In this document: positions 26,451 to 40,714 of the stretch, one piece after another | How positions within the stretch are numbered: position 1 is the stretch's first letter | How the letters are laid out: each line of letters begins with the position of its first letter | Assembly (NCBI RefSeq): GCF_006345805.1 | Contig: NC_042997.1 | Span: 30,132,001-30,196,000 of the forward strand | DNA from: Octopus sinensis | Taxonomy: Eukaryota | Direction: 5' to 3' | Length of the DNA stretch: 64,000 nt | The notes under the pieces: model-generated | Databases searched by the model: none | What the model was told of the DNA's origin: nothing | Seen by the model: the letters and a program-made list of their open reading frames with translations, nothing else | Program-made: the position numbers and the translations under genes

Positions 26451-26778
26451 GAAATATGTGTTATGTAGATAGATAGATAAATAGGCAGGTTACATAATTA
26501 GTTTCCATCACACATTTGATAATTGCTTTAGTTGAGTGTGTTTTTGCGATGTGTGTGTGTATATATATATCGAGAGAAAAATCACAGACTATATATATAT
26601 AGGCACAGGAGCGGCAAGAAGCTTGCTTCCAACCTCAAGGTTCTGGGTCAGTCTGGCGGCATGGGATTTTGGGCAAGTGTCTTCTACTCTAGCCTCGGGC
26701 TGACCAAAGCCTTTTGAGTGAATTTGGTTGACAGAAACTGAAAGAAGCCCGTCGTATATATATATATGTATATATAAA

Positions 26779-26810
<32 letters not shown>

Positions 26811-27356
26811 TATTCTTCTTAGAGAATCATGATTTTATATCTTTAAGAAATATTGTTTAATTCTAGTCATTATTTATTTAACTATTATTGTTATTATTGT
26901 TGACCTGAGGAGTGACTACACTTTTAAGTTGAATTGTTTTTCGGTCAAATTTAAATTTAATTGTAATTTGAATTGAAGATATAGCCACGAAACTTACGTA
27001 GTCTATTTATTTATTATATATTGTTTATTCATTTTTTGTAGTTTTGTGATCTAGTTATGTTTTATAATATAGTTTACTTTTTTTCTCTATGATTTGGTTT
27101 ATGTCTATCATTGTTTGAATTATATAATAATGTTTTTTCTCTAATTTATATATATATATATACACACACAGTAATCCCTCGACTATCGTGGGTGTTACGT
27201 TCCCAAAACCCCGCGATAGGTAGAAATCCGTGATGTAGAAACAGTACTGCACTGTATATATTTTTTATTCTTATAATTTGTATATATTTATTTCATTACA
27301 AATGCAAAATGCCACAGAGGAATTGACGTAAGCTTAAATAATAAACCGTGATAGAA

Positions 27357-27750
27357 AGGCGACGAGCTGGAACAGTCGATAGCACACCGGGTGAAATGCT
27401 TAGCGGTATTTCGTCTGCGTTACGTTGTGAGTTCAAATTCCACCGAGGTCGACTTTGCCTTTCATCCTTTCGGGGTCGATAAATTAAGTACCAGTTACGC
27501 ACTGGGGTCGATGTAATCGACTTAATACCTATGTCTGTCCTTGTTTGTCCCCTCTGTGTTTAGCCCCTTGTGGGTAATAAAGAAATAGGTATTTTGTCTG
27601 CCTTTACGTTCGGAGTTAAAATTCGACCTGATGGATTTTGCCTTTCATTCTTTTGGGGTCAATAAATTAAGTATCAGTTGCGTACTGGGGTCGATCTAAT
27701 CGACTGACTCCCACCCCAAACATTTCGGACCTTATGCCTCGAGTAGAAAA
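27357..27750 (+). mobile_element. Nested family-A SINE dimer (young copy 27357-27587 joined to an older body)
   Basis: Junction GAAATA|GGTATTTT at 27582-27595; the second body is visibly more diverged. Confidence 0.85.
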
Positions 27751-27881
27751 AAATAAACCGTAATATGGTGAGGGATTTCTGTACTCATATATATATATAT
27801 TCTTTTATACGTTTCAGCCCTGAGGTTGCGGCCATGCTGGGGCACCGCCATATATGTGTATATATATATATATAGATATAT

Positions 27882-27941
<60 letters not shown>

Positions 27942-28675
27942 GAGAGAGAGAGAGATTATATGTATGTATGTATCCATGTCTCTTCTATTTTTCAATTGTT
28001 ATAATCTTCCATTGAGGATGGAGCCGCTTGCCAACAAAGATACATTTGGAACTTCAGAAAAGTTTTGCATATTTTTACAGTTCCACTCACAAATTGGACT
28101 TGTAATGTACAAATGTATGTATGTATGTATGTATGTATGTATGTATGTATGTATGTATGTATGTATGTATGGATATGCATACATACAGACACATCGCAAC
28201 TTACGTTCCTATATATAAATAGAATACATTTGTAAATGTATAGTGAGGCCTTTTCATTTAGTAATCCCTAATAAGCACACAAAGCAGCGATAATCAAAAT
28301 AAAGATGAGTACATTTATATTTAAAATGCTCCTGTATACGTAAACGCAGAAGTTAACTTACCAAGGAGAAATATTTCATTTCGTAGAATGACTGTAAAAT
28401 TTCACTGAGCTGAGCTTTGGTTGATCTCAGTAGTCTGCCTGACTTGTGCTTCGGTGAGAATGCACCTCCTGTGACAAGCATCACGAAAACTGAGGAATTG
28501 CAAACGCCAGAACATATCAGAAAATCCTTTTTAACGCATAATATAAAGGGATTATAACAGGTTATAACAGTGACTAAAACGGTATCTCTTACTGAAGCGG
28601 TATAACTCTCCTCGCCCCCGAAACACGTGTATAGTTCACTGCTGGCGGCAGTCAGCGCCCTATATCATGAATTCT

Positions 28676-28907
28676 AGGCGGCGAGCTGGCAAAATCGTTA
28701 GCACGCCGGGCGAAATGCATAGCCGTATTTCGTCTGCCGTTACGTTCTGGGTTCAAATTCCGCCGAGGTCGACTTTGCCATTCATCCTTTCAATGTCGAT
28801 AAATTAAGTACCAGTTACGCACTGGGGTCGATGTAATCGACTTAATCCGTTTGTCTGTCCTTGTTTGTCCTCTCTGTGTTTAGCCCTTTGTGGGTAGTAA
28901 AGAAATA
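28676..28907 (+). mobile_element. SINE family A with 15-bp TSD
   Basis: TATATCATGAATTCT at 28661-28675 and 28908-28922. Confidence 0.95.
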
Positions 28908-29312
28908 TATATCATGAATTCTCACAAACAAGGAATTGATTTTCTTAGACAACTCTCCACAGCGAACGAGCGTCACGTTATACTGTGCAGGAACGTGTAA
29001 AATATGAATGCACATATCGTTGTAATAGCTAACCTTTTAGTCATTTGTAAATAAAACTACAATTAATGCCAATTCGAAACAAAATAATTAATCTTTATAT
29101 GAACAAATTCAGTTAAATTATCATATATAATCATAAATTATATGTGTGTATCTTCACATATGTAGAGAAATTATAACAATCTGACTGAATATATAACCAA
29201 ATTTTTCAAATTGGGCTTTCAGTGGCATTTTACTTAAGCACATCCAGAATTTACCAAACAGAATAAATATAGCGCACTCAGACTAGACTGTCAACTTTTG
29301 ATTACATCAAAG

Positions 29313-29374
<62 letters not shown>
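29313..29374. repeat. (TAGA)n at the 3' flank of the Tx1 element
   Basis: Direct reading. Confidence 0.97.
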
Positions 29375-32300
29375 TGTTTCTTTATTAGCCACACAGGGCT
29401 GCACACAGATAGAACAAATTACAAGGTAGAGCTTTTCTTTTGAAGGTTAAAAAAAAAAAAAAAAAAATAAAAATAAAAAAATAAAAAATAAAAAAAAATA
29501 AAAAATAAGAAAAAATAAAATAAAATAAAAATAAAATAAAAAAAGGGGGGGTCGATCAAAAGGGATCGTAAAAGGAGAGAAAGAGGACAAAAAAAAGGGG
29601 GGGTTAAAAAAAAGGGGAAGAGGAAAAAAATTGATCAATAGGGATCGTTATCACAGAAATGTCAATATGAAGTGTAAAGGGGGGGACAGGTGAGGTTTAC
29701 CCGTGGAAAGAAAAGCCTACGGAAAAGACCACGGTAACCTCGGTCAATGAAGTCACATGTTATATTTCTTTTTTTTTTTTTTTTTTTTTGCAAATAAGCA
29801 ACTCTCTGTATTAATTTTTACGGTTCATAGAATCATAGTCAAGGGGGCTTCGTCATTCATACGTGCCATCCTTGCTACATTCACCCATCTTTTTTTAAAA
29901 CATTCACTAGACAAAACTTGCCTCTCTACTCTCACTTTTTTCTTCAAGTGATACTTGAAGAAGTTGATGAGAGATTGACCAGAGAGGAAAGTGTTTGTCT
30001 CTAATCCTTTCAGACGCGTCCACCAGATACATTCTTTCGCCATAGCCACAAGTATGATAAAAATAGCTCTTCCTTCCCGTTTGAAGGAAGGAGGCGTGAC
30101 GATATTAACGATAGACTCGGCTGATAAACCGACACGTCCCACACGTGACAGCAGTCGTTCGACATAAGCCCACAGGTGGGAAATTGCTGGACACTGCACG
30201 ATTGCGTGCAGAGCGGTTTCGTCGCTCTGCCCGCATCTCGGGCAGGTCGGCCCCGTGTTTCTCGAGCCATGCCTATAGAGCTTATCCCGAACGGGTAGCG
30301 CTTCTCGGTAGCACCGCCAGGCCAGGGATCTCTGGAAGTTGTCCATAGGTCCCGGGCCGAAAGTCGTTTGAAACAGGCGGGTCAGGTATTCCTCGTCGAC
30401 GCCCAGGTTTGCCTCCCCTCCACTAATCCCCTATAGAATGCTTTGGTTGTGTTGAAGTCACTCAAGGTCGACCCGGGACGGCAGAGTTGCTTAAGAGCAA
30501 AGCGACACTCGCGGTGCCATTCGCCCTTCTTCGGCCTCTTTTTGATCCACGACTGTAGTTCGGTCATGGAGACGAGTTGCGGGAATGCGTGCCTCACAAA
30601 CGGCGACCACACCTGTTCACCGTCGTCTACATAGAGCCGGAGATGTCGCAGTCTCAGCGCGTGTCTGCGCATCATCAACCACGGCATGCCCAGCCCTCCT
30701 TTTAACGGGTGTTGACAGCAAATGGATCGCCTGACCATCGGGACGCATCCTTTCCACAAGAAGCGGAAGAGGATGCGTTCTAGTTTGGTGATGGTAGGGT
30801 CGGGACAAGGTACGACGGTCAGGCGGTAGTAGATGATGGACGCGATGTACGCGTTCACCACCTCCGCCCGACCTTTTAGGGACAGTTTCCTCTCGGCCCA
30901 TTGCTGGGCGAGAGTGACCACCCTACTCGTTATCTCGTTCCAGTTCTTCTCATTTGGAGGTCCGGACCGAACCAGACCCCGAGCAACTCAACCGGGCCGT
31001 CTGTCCAGCGTCCCACGACGGAGGTACTGGTGGACGGCATGGGTTTGCTTCTCCAGGTGCCGAGCCGCAAGCCCACTGACTTTTCCCGGTTGATTTTTGC
31101 TCCTGTCACCGCTTCGTAGTCTTTCAGTGTCTCGCCGACCCGCTCGATGTGCTCGTGGCTTGACACTATGACGGTGACGTCGTCCGCGTATGCAGACACG
31201 CTCGTCCCGCATCCTAATTCTCGCGGGATGCCCCTCAGAGTCGCCAGCTTCCGCAGTAGTGGCTCAAGAGTCAATACGTATAGAAGCGCCGAGAGGGGGC
31301 ATCCCTGACGGACCGAACGTGCAAGTATCGATGGTCTACCCTATCAAAGGCTTTCGATTGATCCAAGTTGATCAGGGCCCCACCCATGCCAGGTTCGTTA
31401 ACTACCCTGTCTATGATGTAGCGCATCAGATGGAGGTTGTCATGGATGCTCCGGCCCGGCACGGCGCACGTTTGTGCGTTGTCGACCAGTTTCTCCATGA
31501 CAAGCGCCAACCTCTTGGCTAACACCTTTGTCAAAATTTTCAGGTCTGCATTGAGCAGAGTGATTGGCCTAAAGTTATCTATAATGTTTCCCTTGTTTGG
31601 ATCTTTCTTCAGCAGAGTTACAGCTCCTCGACTCACAAAACCGGGTATGCTCCCGTTTTGCTGCCAGTTGCAGTATACCGCTGCCAAGACGTCTCCAAAC
31701 AAGTCTGGCATACAATAGTAAAATTCGTAGGGTAGACCATCCAAACCCGGTGATTTGTCCCTCGAGCATTCTGCCATCGCTTCCCGCACTTCCGCCGCCG
31801 TGATGGCACCTTCGCAGCACCCTGCCTTTCTTGTCGAGAGTCGTGGCAGGCTATGTAGGTAGGCACTGAAGTCTACCCTACGTTCTTGCCCTCCACTCGT
31901 CCCGAACAGTCGGGCAAAATGCTGCTGAAAGGCCTCACACATTTTACTTGGCTCGAGCAATTCGCGCCCCTGTTCATCTACCAGTGACCGAATGGTGGCT
32001 TTGTTGCCCTGTTGCGCCTCTGCCACCCGGGCCTCTCTCGCGGCTCCAACACCTTCGTTCCTTAGAGCACGCATCCTAGCTCTGACAGCACATCCTTCGT
32101 GTTTGGCGTTGAAGTGTTGGTCGAGGGCCAACCTCGCCGCCAAAACGTCGGATGCGATGCCGCTTCTAATTGCCTCTTCTAGCTTCTTAACTAGCTCACC
32201 CTCTACTCTATTTCTATCTATGGCTAGTGCTTTGCTGTACCTAATCGCTTCTGCTTTTACTGCTCTCTTGAGGGCAAACCACCATTTGTTGTTGATGATG

Positions 32301-32933
32301 GCTCCCGTCAAAGCCCTCTTTACTAGTGTGCTAATCCGGTCTCTGAAAACTTGTCTGGACGGGAATGATGCGTTCAGTTTCCAGTACCCAGGACCCTGTC
32401 TATGTGCCTTATCTAAGTCTAGCGTACACGTCACCAATTTGTGATCCGTGTAGCTGACTGTGTGGAATTGTGGACATCCTAAGTTATCCTTGTCTACTGT
32501 CCTACACAGTATCCTATCTAGATACGATCTCGACGACCCACTGCGGTTGCTCCATGTCCACGTTGGTGCATTTGGGTGGTCGAGTCGGTACCTGTCAGAC
32601 AGTTGGAATCGTCTGAGCAGGTCTCTGAGGCATTTGCATCCCCTTCTGTTTCTGTCTCTACCCACGTAGTCTACATGCGTGTCCAAGGTAGCATTCCAAT
32701 CCCCCACTAAGAGTAAAGGACGAGACGTTCCCAAGAATACTTCTAGACGTCGAAAGAAATCCGCCCGACCTGTTAAGGGCGGTGCGTAGACTGATACGAG
32801 TCGAAAAGCGCACCCATTGCTGCCGTCAACATCCAGAACGATCAGTCTACCCTCCGGGTCTACGAATATCGTCTTGACTTCGAGATCCAGGCTCTTGTGA
32901 AAAAGTACCGCGGTGCCACTACCGCCCATCCTC
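29375..32933 (-). mobile_element. 5'-truncated Tx1 (L1-clade) non-LTR retrotransposon
   Basis: Disrupted ORF2 followed by a ~450-bp T-rich 3'UTR ending ...GGCTAATAAAGAAACA. (TATC)n directly abuts both ends; there is no ORF1. Confidence 0.93.
29825..32929 (-). pseudogene. Tx1 ORF2: AP endonuclease (partial), reverse transcriptase, CCHC zinc finger
   Basis: APE motifs LVSVYAP, GDWN, SYLDR and TDHK. RT motifs KSPGLDG, FRPITLLN, DQSKAFDRV, RQGCPLS and YADD (31179-31190). CPRC...ETALHAIVQC lies near the end. It is broken by a deletion at about 31322 and by frameshifts/deletion near 30950 and 30400. Confidence 0.92.

Positions 32934-32986
<53 letters not shown>
32934..32986. repeat. (AGAT)n at the 5' flank of the Tx1 element
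   Basis: Direct reading. Confidence 0.97.
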
Positions 32987-32990
<4 letters not shown>

Positions 32991-33676
32991 GCAGAAATAA
33001 TGGATTATATACATTTATTTATTTATCATATGCTTACAGCTGTTTCAGTTATTCATTTGGGTACGGTCATGGTTCAGTTTTATCAATCGATTGATCGACT
33101 GAAACTACAGGGAACCACCACCACAATGTTATATTCTTAAGAGGGAAAACAAACCAACCAAACAAAAAGAAAACAAGAAAATAGAGTGAATTTCGTCCGT
33201 ATGAAAGTTATAAATATCTAGCTTGCCTGTATCTAGTTATCAGCCGTAAGCTATTGTACTCTCTTAGCACGGGTGAGTAATCATGACAAGAGAGAACAAT
33301 GACAAAAAAATAAACTTCCCAGTTTTCTGTTTTAATATATGCGTATGCAGTATGTATGTATCTATATATCTCTGTACGTATGTATGTCTGCATAAATATA
33401 CATGTACATATATATATGTGCATAAATATATATATATATCTATATATGTATCCATGCACATATATATGTGTGTGTGTGCATGTATGTGGGAGGGGGTATA
33501 CACACACACATATATATATTCAGCAATACCTCACTTTACGAGGAACGTTTTACGAGACCCCAGGTTTACGGATTTTACCTTTCACTCACAAGATCCAAAC
33601 TTTGAACGAAGTGCAAAAGTTTCTGCTACCATAACAAATGCTTTTCCAAATCAAACAATACAATAGTATGTATGTG

Positions 33677-33837
<161 letters not shown>

Positions 33838-34945
33838 CCGCCTTTTGTTTTTGTTTTTTTAAGAAATCTACAAGTCCGTCTACGAATGATTATGAATCAC
33901 TGATTGCGTCCACAATTGATGGTGTGTGCGCGAGTCTAGTGCGTGTGAAAGTGATTCAGAAAGCGATTATAATAATAATAATATATTTTGTTATAAATGC
34001 TGTTGACATTCTTTTTACATTACATAAGATATTCTTTACATTCTACTGTTGTTTTATTGCCCTTTATTTAAGAGTATTATAAATTCTATAGGTAAAATAT
34101 TTTTCTGAGAACGAATTATATCGCTACTATTGGAAACTATTACTTCACTTTACGTGTTTTCGCTTTACGAACGGTCTCCGAGAACAAAGTAACTCGTATA
34201 CCGAGGTATATACGGACATACACACACGAACACACACATACATTTAATATATATAAGTTCCACCGGAAATAGTAAAAGCGAACAAAGAAAGCCCACGAGA
34301 ATTGAACCTAATGTCTGTCTATGCTGAGTGACTATAAAACACTAAGCTAATCGCATTTTTTCACATACATTCGTACATTCAAACATACATATATGTGCGT
34401 GTATACATGTTTGTGTGAGTCTATCTCTGTCTCTTTGTCTGTCAGTGTACCGCCAACATAGAATTACATTTTATATTCACAAAATACATTTAAAAGAAGA
34501 GGACATTGCTCCGAATTTGACGCGACGAAGAAATTTAATCAGAAGAAAAAATTCCTTGACGTTGATCAATGTATATAGTGAGGAACACCGAATTAAATAG
34601 AAAAATATTTAGTTATTTCTCTTTCGCTTTTTATCTTCTAGATTCTGACTTCAAATAGTCACAAGGTTAATATTGCTTTTCATATATATGGGGTCGTTAA
34701 GTATAAATACTCGAGGCTGTTCATTGTTCAATAATTCACTTTGTGTCTAGTCAAAGAGAAATCTAGTTGTAATAAGAAGGATTTTTTGAAGCTTTTTTGA
34801 TCTTTATTATTTTCACTGGACATTATTAAACTGGTCTTTATTTTCGGTTATTTTCTTAACAAAACCTTATATTGACGTGTGTTTACTTATGGTTATGGGT
34901 TCTAAGATGAAAGTCTCGAGGAAAACTGTTCATGACCTAGTTCTA

Positions 34946-35343
34946 TGAATGAGTATGTATGTATGTATTATGTATGTATTTATCTATGTATGTATTTATG
35001 TATGTATGCATGTATGCATGTATGTATGTATGTATGTATGTATGCATGTATGTATGTATGTATGTATAGAAGTATGTATGTATGTATTTATGTATGTATG
35101 TATTTATGTATGTATGTATGTATGTATATATGTATGTATGTATGTGTGTATGTATGTATGTATGTATGTATGTATGTATGTATGTATGTATGTATGCGTG
35201 TATGTATGTATGTATGTATGCGTGTATGTATGTATGTATGTATGTATATATGTATGTATGTATATTTGTATGCTTGTGCGTATGTATGTATTTATGTATG
35301 TATGTGTATGTGTGTTGCATCTTGTGTGTGTGTACGATGTGTG

Positions 35344-35378
<35 letters not shown>

Positions 35379-35629
35379 ACGTGTATGCGTATGTATGTAT
35401 GTATGTATGTATGTATGCATGTATATACGAATATAAATATGTATGCATGAGTATGTATGTGTGTATGTGAGCATATGTGTACATATGTATATATATATAT
35501 ATATTTGTATATATATATACATACATATACATACATGCTTACATACATATACATTCATATACATACATAAGTACACACATGCATACATACACACACATGT
35601 ATATATGTATGTATGTATATATATATACG

Positions 35630-35690
<61 letters not shown>

Positions 35691-35770
35691 CTATATATTA
35701 TATATATATATATATATGTATGTATATATATATATATATATACATATATATACATATACATATATACACA
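34946..35770. repeat. (TATG)n/(TA)n compound microsatellite
   Basis: Direct reading. It explains the MYVC/HTYI ORFs. Confidence 0.95.
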
Positions 35771-36079
35771 TACATACACATGTCTTTCAGTCTTTCATCT
35801 TTTTTTCAGGAATTAGACTGATTCCATGATGGTGCACCAGCTTGCAGAGTTTTAGTCAAACGAACTGAGCTTGTACCTTTTTAAAGCTTGGTACTTATTT
35901 TATCAGGCACTTTTGCCGAAATGCTTGCTAAGCCATGGTAGCATAAGCAAACCAACGATGGTTGTCAAGTTGTGCTAGGGAACAAGCCCGAAACGAAGCC
36001 GTGCGCACACATACTTGCATATGCGTGTTGGCGCATGTACACGTATACGCACATGTATGTGTATGTGAGAGTGTTTAGC

Positions 36080-36960
36080 GAAAACCAAGGTTTCAGTAGA
36101 TACCGCCAACGACCTCCTGTTCGCCGATGACCACGCTCTCAATGCTGCCACTCTCAATGCTGCCACATGCAGCACAGCGTTGACTTGTTCTCTGGCGCCT
36201 GCGACAACTTTGGCCTTACTATCAATCCAAAAATGACTGAGGTAATGTATCAGCCAGCTCCAACCAAGCCCTAGGTTGAACCCAACATCACCATCAACGG
36301 GCAGCGACTGAACGCGGTGGACAAGTTCACCTACCTTGGCAGCACACTCTCTAGAAATGTTGTCGTCGATGACGAAATCAACGCTAGACTCGCCAAGGCA
36401 AGCGTTGCCTTCGGCAGGCTACGCAAGACTGTCTGGAGGATCACCATCCTGACAAAGATCAAGGTGTACCGGGTTGTTGTTCTCACAACACTGCTTTACG
36501 ACTGCGAGTCCTGGACGGTCTACCAGCATCATGCCAGGAAGCTGAACAACTTTCATACAATACGCCTCAGAAAACTTATCGGCATAAAGTGGCAGGACAG
36601 GATCCCGGACACCAAGGTACTAATACGTGCTAACCTGCCCAGCATCCATACAGTCTCAGCTTCGCAGTGCAGGGCACGTAACTCGCTTACCAGAGACGAT
36701 CGATTACCAAAAAGATAGCTCTTTGGATAGCTGCAAAAGGGAAAGCGCTCACAAGGCGACCAGAAGAAGCGCTTTAAGGACATATTGAAAGCCTCACTGA
36801 AAGCCTTTGACATCGACCATGACACTTGGGAGCAGTCTGCTCTACACAGAGAAGGGTGCCAACACATATGAGACCTCACTAGCCATCTGCGGACTCACTA
36901 AACTAGCCCAACCCCACCACAGGATGACTAGATGATCTTCGTCGCATCGACGGACAAACT
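36080..36960 (+). mobile_element. 5'-truncated RTE-clade (BovB-like) LINE
   Basis: DLLFADD (36120-36131), VDKFTYLGSTLS, ARLAKASVAFGRL, TLLYDCESW, GKRSQG-QKKRFKD. It has stops and frameshifts and ends in CTTCGTCGCATCGACGGAC followed by (AC)n. Confidence 0.9.
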
Positions 36961-37779
36961 ACACACACACACACACATATATTATATATATATATATATA
37001 TTGGCCTGCTCGCTTAGCCAGCGGGGTGGCGTCATTCGAAGGCTAAAACATTGCGAACGCATTGTGACCAGCGATGTGTATATATATATATATATAAGTG
37101 TGTATATATATATATATATTCTCCGTATAGAAGACACTACTGCTCAAAAGATTCGAACTTAGACCTTAAACTCTGGTGTCTTTACAGGAGATCATTCCAC
37201 GAGGTAAAGAAAAGCTATAAGAGGGATCAGGTTGAGCGTGTATAGAAACAAGGCTGTTTTGCTGGTCCCATCACTAGAATGTGGTAGGGGTTCTCTCCCC
37301 TTCCTGCAATATACTAGATGCAGGTGTGCATCGTTAACCAGCTAGAAAATTTGTAGATTCTCTCAAATCAAATGTGAACCACTGTGATAACCCGACACTA
37401 ATCAGAATAGTTACCAGTGCCGTGAACTGACTGCATTTATTGTGACCCGTAGACATCCTATTTAATAAACGTTGCACTCTTACCGAATATACAAATAACG
37501 TCTCTCAAATAAAGAGTTTCTCTGTGGCAATGATATATAAATATTTCCATTTTCTTGGAAGGTAGTTAAATTATTTATCCCCAATATAATTTATTTCTAT
37601 TGTTGACAAGGTTTTGCCCTCCCAAACAAGTGATTTATATGAAAATCTGGAATAAATAACAGGAAGCAAGATAATGAATATTTACAATCGCAAGGAAATA
37701 GAATACATTGCCAAGAATGTCTTAAGAAGTGGTTTGAGACAGCACTGTTATTGCAGACTAATAAAACTAGTGATAAAGA

Positions 37780-38490
37780 GATGCATCCGCGTGTCAGAAA
37801 AGAAGGAGACCATTGTGAAATTTTGCAACGTTTAATGGGTATCACTGTATATAGCTGAATACAATTTGGCTTTCAGAGAAAATTTAAACACATTATTTAC
37901 ACTGCATAATAGGACATTTTTTTAGCGGCGTAGAAATTTTCATTTTGCAATTAGCAAACATTTACGTCGGGTTGCGTCTAATGGAAATTACATTCATTAT
38001 TGTTGGGGAAAAAAAAACTATTTAGAATGAAATGATCAATTGTTGGGAAATGCCATTCAGAAAATTGTTTAACCTGAGCTAAAGACGACAAATATTATCG
38101 TAGACTACAAGATATAAATCGTGTGTTGCAACTTTCAGTTGTAATATATTTTTCAGATGTAGAAGAGAGTCCAAGAAAGGAGACTTTGTTAATTGTAAAC
38201 CAGTAATAGATACATATAAAGTATCAAATGAAAATATACTTGATATTTTAAAGGAGTGCAAGCTGGACTTACATAACCGTAGAATTTAGGGGTATGATAA
38301 TGGTTCAGTTATGAAGAGGAAGGATTAATGCGTTCAGGAGCAGATCATGAAGGAAAATCCACGCATATCTTATATGCCATATAGATGATATAACCTGAAT
38401 TTACTGATTAATTATAGCACAACATGTTTTCAGGTATACACTTCATTTTTACGATTCTCCAGAGCTTATACGCTTTGTTTTATGTTGCTT
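37780..38490 (+). pseudogene. Decayed hAT (Tip100/ZMYM1-like) transposase fragment
   Basis: Reads ILKECKLDLHNRRI*GYDNGSVMKRKD*CVQEQIMKENPRISYMPY..NLNLLI..ILQSLY, matching the hAT pattern CRGQGYDNGSNMxGxxxGVQxRIxxxNPRAxYxPCxxHxLNL. Confidence 0.7.
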
Positions 38491-39283
38491 CTCTTTTGAA
38501 TAAAACATGTTAAATTCCTCGCAGGAAACCATTATGAAAGAATTGGTGGGAATGCAGATCAGCTAGACCTTATTGTAAAGCTTTCAGATCTTCCGTTAGT
38601 ATATCTTAAAGAAAAGTGGGATCTGCTAACCTGACGAGCAAAATATAGACTGTAAAAAGGGGGAATGGTTTGGCTTAGTCTCTATAAACATTTTCATTTA
38701 CGGGAATTATAATAAAGATAAATTTGTAAACAAATTCCCCCTCAAGATATAAACTTTTAGAGTGGAACACATAACATAGACATAAACCAAATACAGAAAT
38801 TACCACTAAAAAAAACATTTAAGCACGCGGTCATAGTCTAACAATCCAGCGTGTCATCTCTATGCACTCACTCGACCTGTTAAAAGTAGCGACCAAACTC
38901 TTCTTCGAAACACACCATTAGTTTCATAAGAAAACGTGAACACAAATTGATCAGATAATCATGCGTGGAACATATTTGCAAAAGGATCTCGAGCAGTACG
39001 GATTATGAAAGACTAAACCAACATATGTACATGCATACCAACAAATGCACACACCCAAATGCATGTGTATGTGCGTGTGCGTAAAGAAAGAAAGAAAGAG
39101 CGAGGGAGAAGGAGAGAGAATAAGAGACACATATATACATGCATACATATATGCATACATACATACAAACATAAATATAGATGCGCGTAAACATAATTTC
39201 CCCAATAACAAAAGGAAATTGTGTAAACAAATACAAAACGAATATATAGTAATCAACCACACACACACACAAACACACACATG

Positions 39284-39352
<69 letters not shown>

Positions 39353-39859
39353 GCATCTTCGAAAGACAAGGAAACAAATATCCACAGATGTATATATATG
39401 TGTGTGTGTGTGTGTGCTTGCGTATGTAAATTCATGTGTGTGAGTGCACGTGCGTATGTGTGTGTGAATGTCAGTGTGTGTGTTTAAATTTCACACAACT
39501 ATGATCCAAAAGAAAATATCACAAAACCTTTCATGTTGTCTTTGTTTCCTTGTTTATATTTGATATTAATATTTTCTCTAACGTTCTCAATTTTTAGTCC
39601 AGAGATACACATTTCTATTGAAGCGTATAGTCGATTAAATCGACCCCAGTATTTGCGTATAGATTAACAATATTGAAATAGGAACATAATAGTTTCAGGA
39701 AAATCACAGGGAAAACTTCCGAAAGCATAGTATTACTTATTTTTATTTGTTTTTCGAGGAGGTTTTTGTTTGTTTATTTTTTTCTTTTCTTTTCATTTAT
39801 TCTTCTTTCAATCTTCCTTCGACCAACCCGTGTAGTAAATACGCCTTCCGACCCCTTAT

Positions 39860-39896
<37 letters not shown>

Positions 39897-39974
39897 GTGT
39901 ATATATATATATATGTATATAATATATATATATTATATATATATATTATATATATATATGTATATAATTTTGTG

Positions 39975-40013
<39 letters not shown>

Positions 40014-40057
40014 TATATTATATAATATATATATATATATATGTAATATATATATAT

Positions 40058-40093
<36 letters not shown>

Positions 40094-40681
40094 ATTTTTT
40101 ATATATACATATATATCCTCTTGATATGTTTTTTTCAGACACTCGCGACTCGGGTAAATGATGAATGTAATAAAATACGCCAGAAGTGAACCCGTTTGAA
40201 CATATGGGAATTATCGGTCTGCAACTTGTGTGGCAAACGGTGTGTGGTGAGTGATGGATGTCGCGAAGCAAGTATATGACGGGTAGCGGATGAACGGTCG
40301 CATAAGCAGAGGACATGGACGTATATAAAGGTGAAAACAAGGGGAAAACACACACACACACACACACACACATACACACGCACGCACGTACACACATGCA
40401 CATACACACGCACGCACGTACACGCACACATACACACAAATATATGAGTATCCTTGCTTTTCCAAAATGTCAGAAAAAATATAATTCCTGCATATTGCCA
40501 AAGCTTTCAACTTTTAAAAGAAGGATATCATTTAGGGGATATAACACCACTCACTCGCATACATACCATATATACATACGCATACGCACGCGCACTCAGA
40601 TTTATATATATTTATATATGTGTGTGTGTGTGCGTGTGTATATGTGTGTGTGCGCGTGAATATATATACATGTATTTATGC

Positions 40682-40714
<33 letters not shown>

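Noticed and set aside
31437-32669. Plus-strand ORFs of 60-150 aa
   Set aside because: Antisense shadows of the GC-rich Tx1 ORF2.
32927-32929. ATG as the true start of a 552-aa protein
   Set aside because: It is an internal Met at the 5' truncation point; the N-terminal APE motifs and ORF1 are missing.
34943-35829. Many overlapping MYVC/HTYI ORFs (also 6324-6920, 41363-42080, 53895-54524)
   Set aside because: Stop-free frames of TATG/TA/CA microsatellites.
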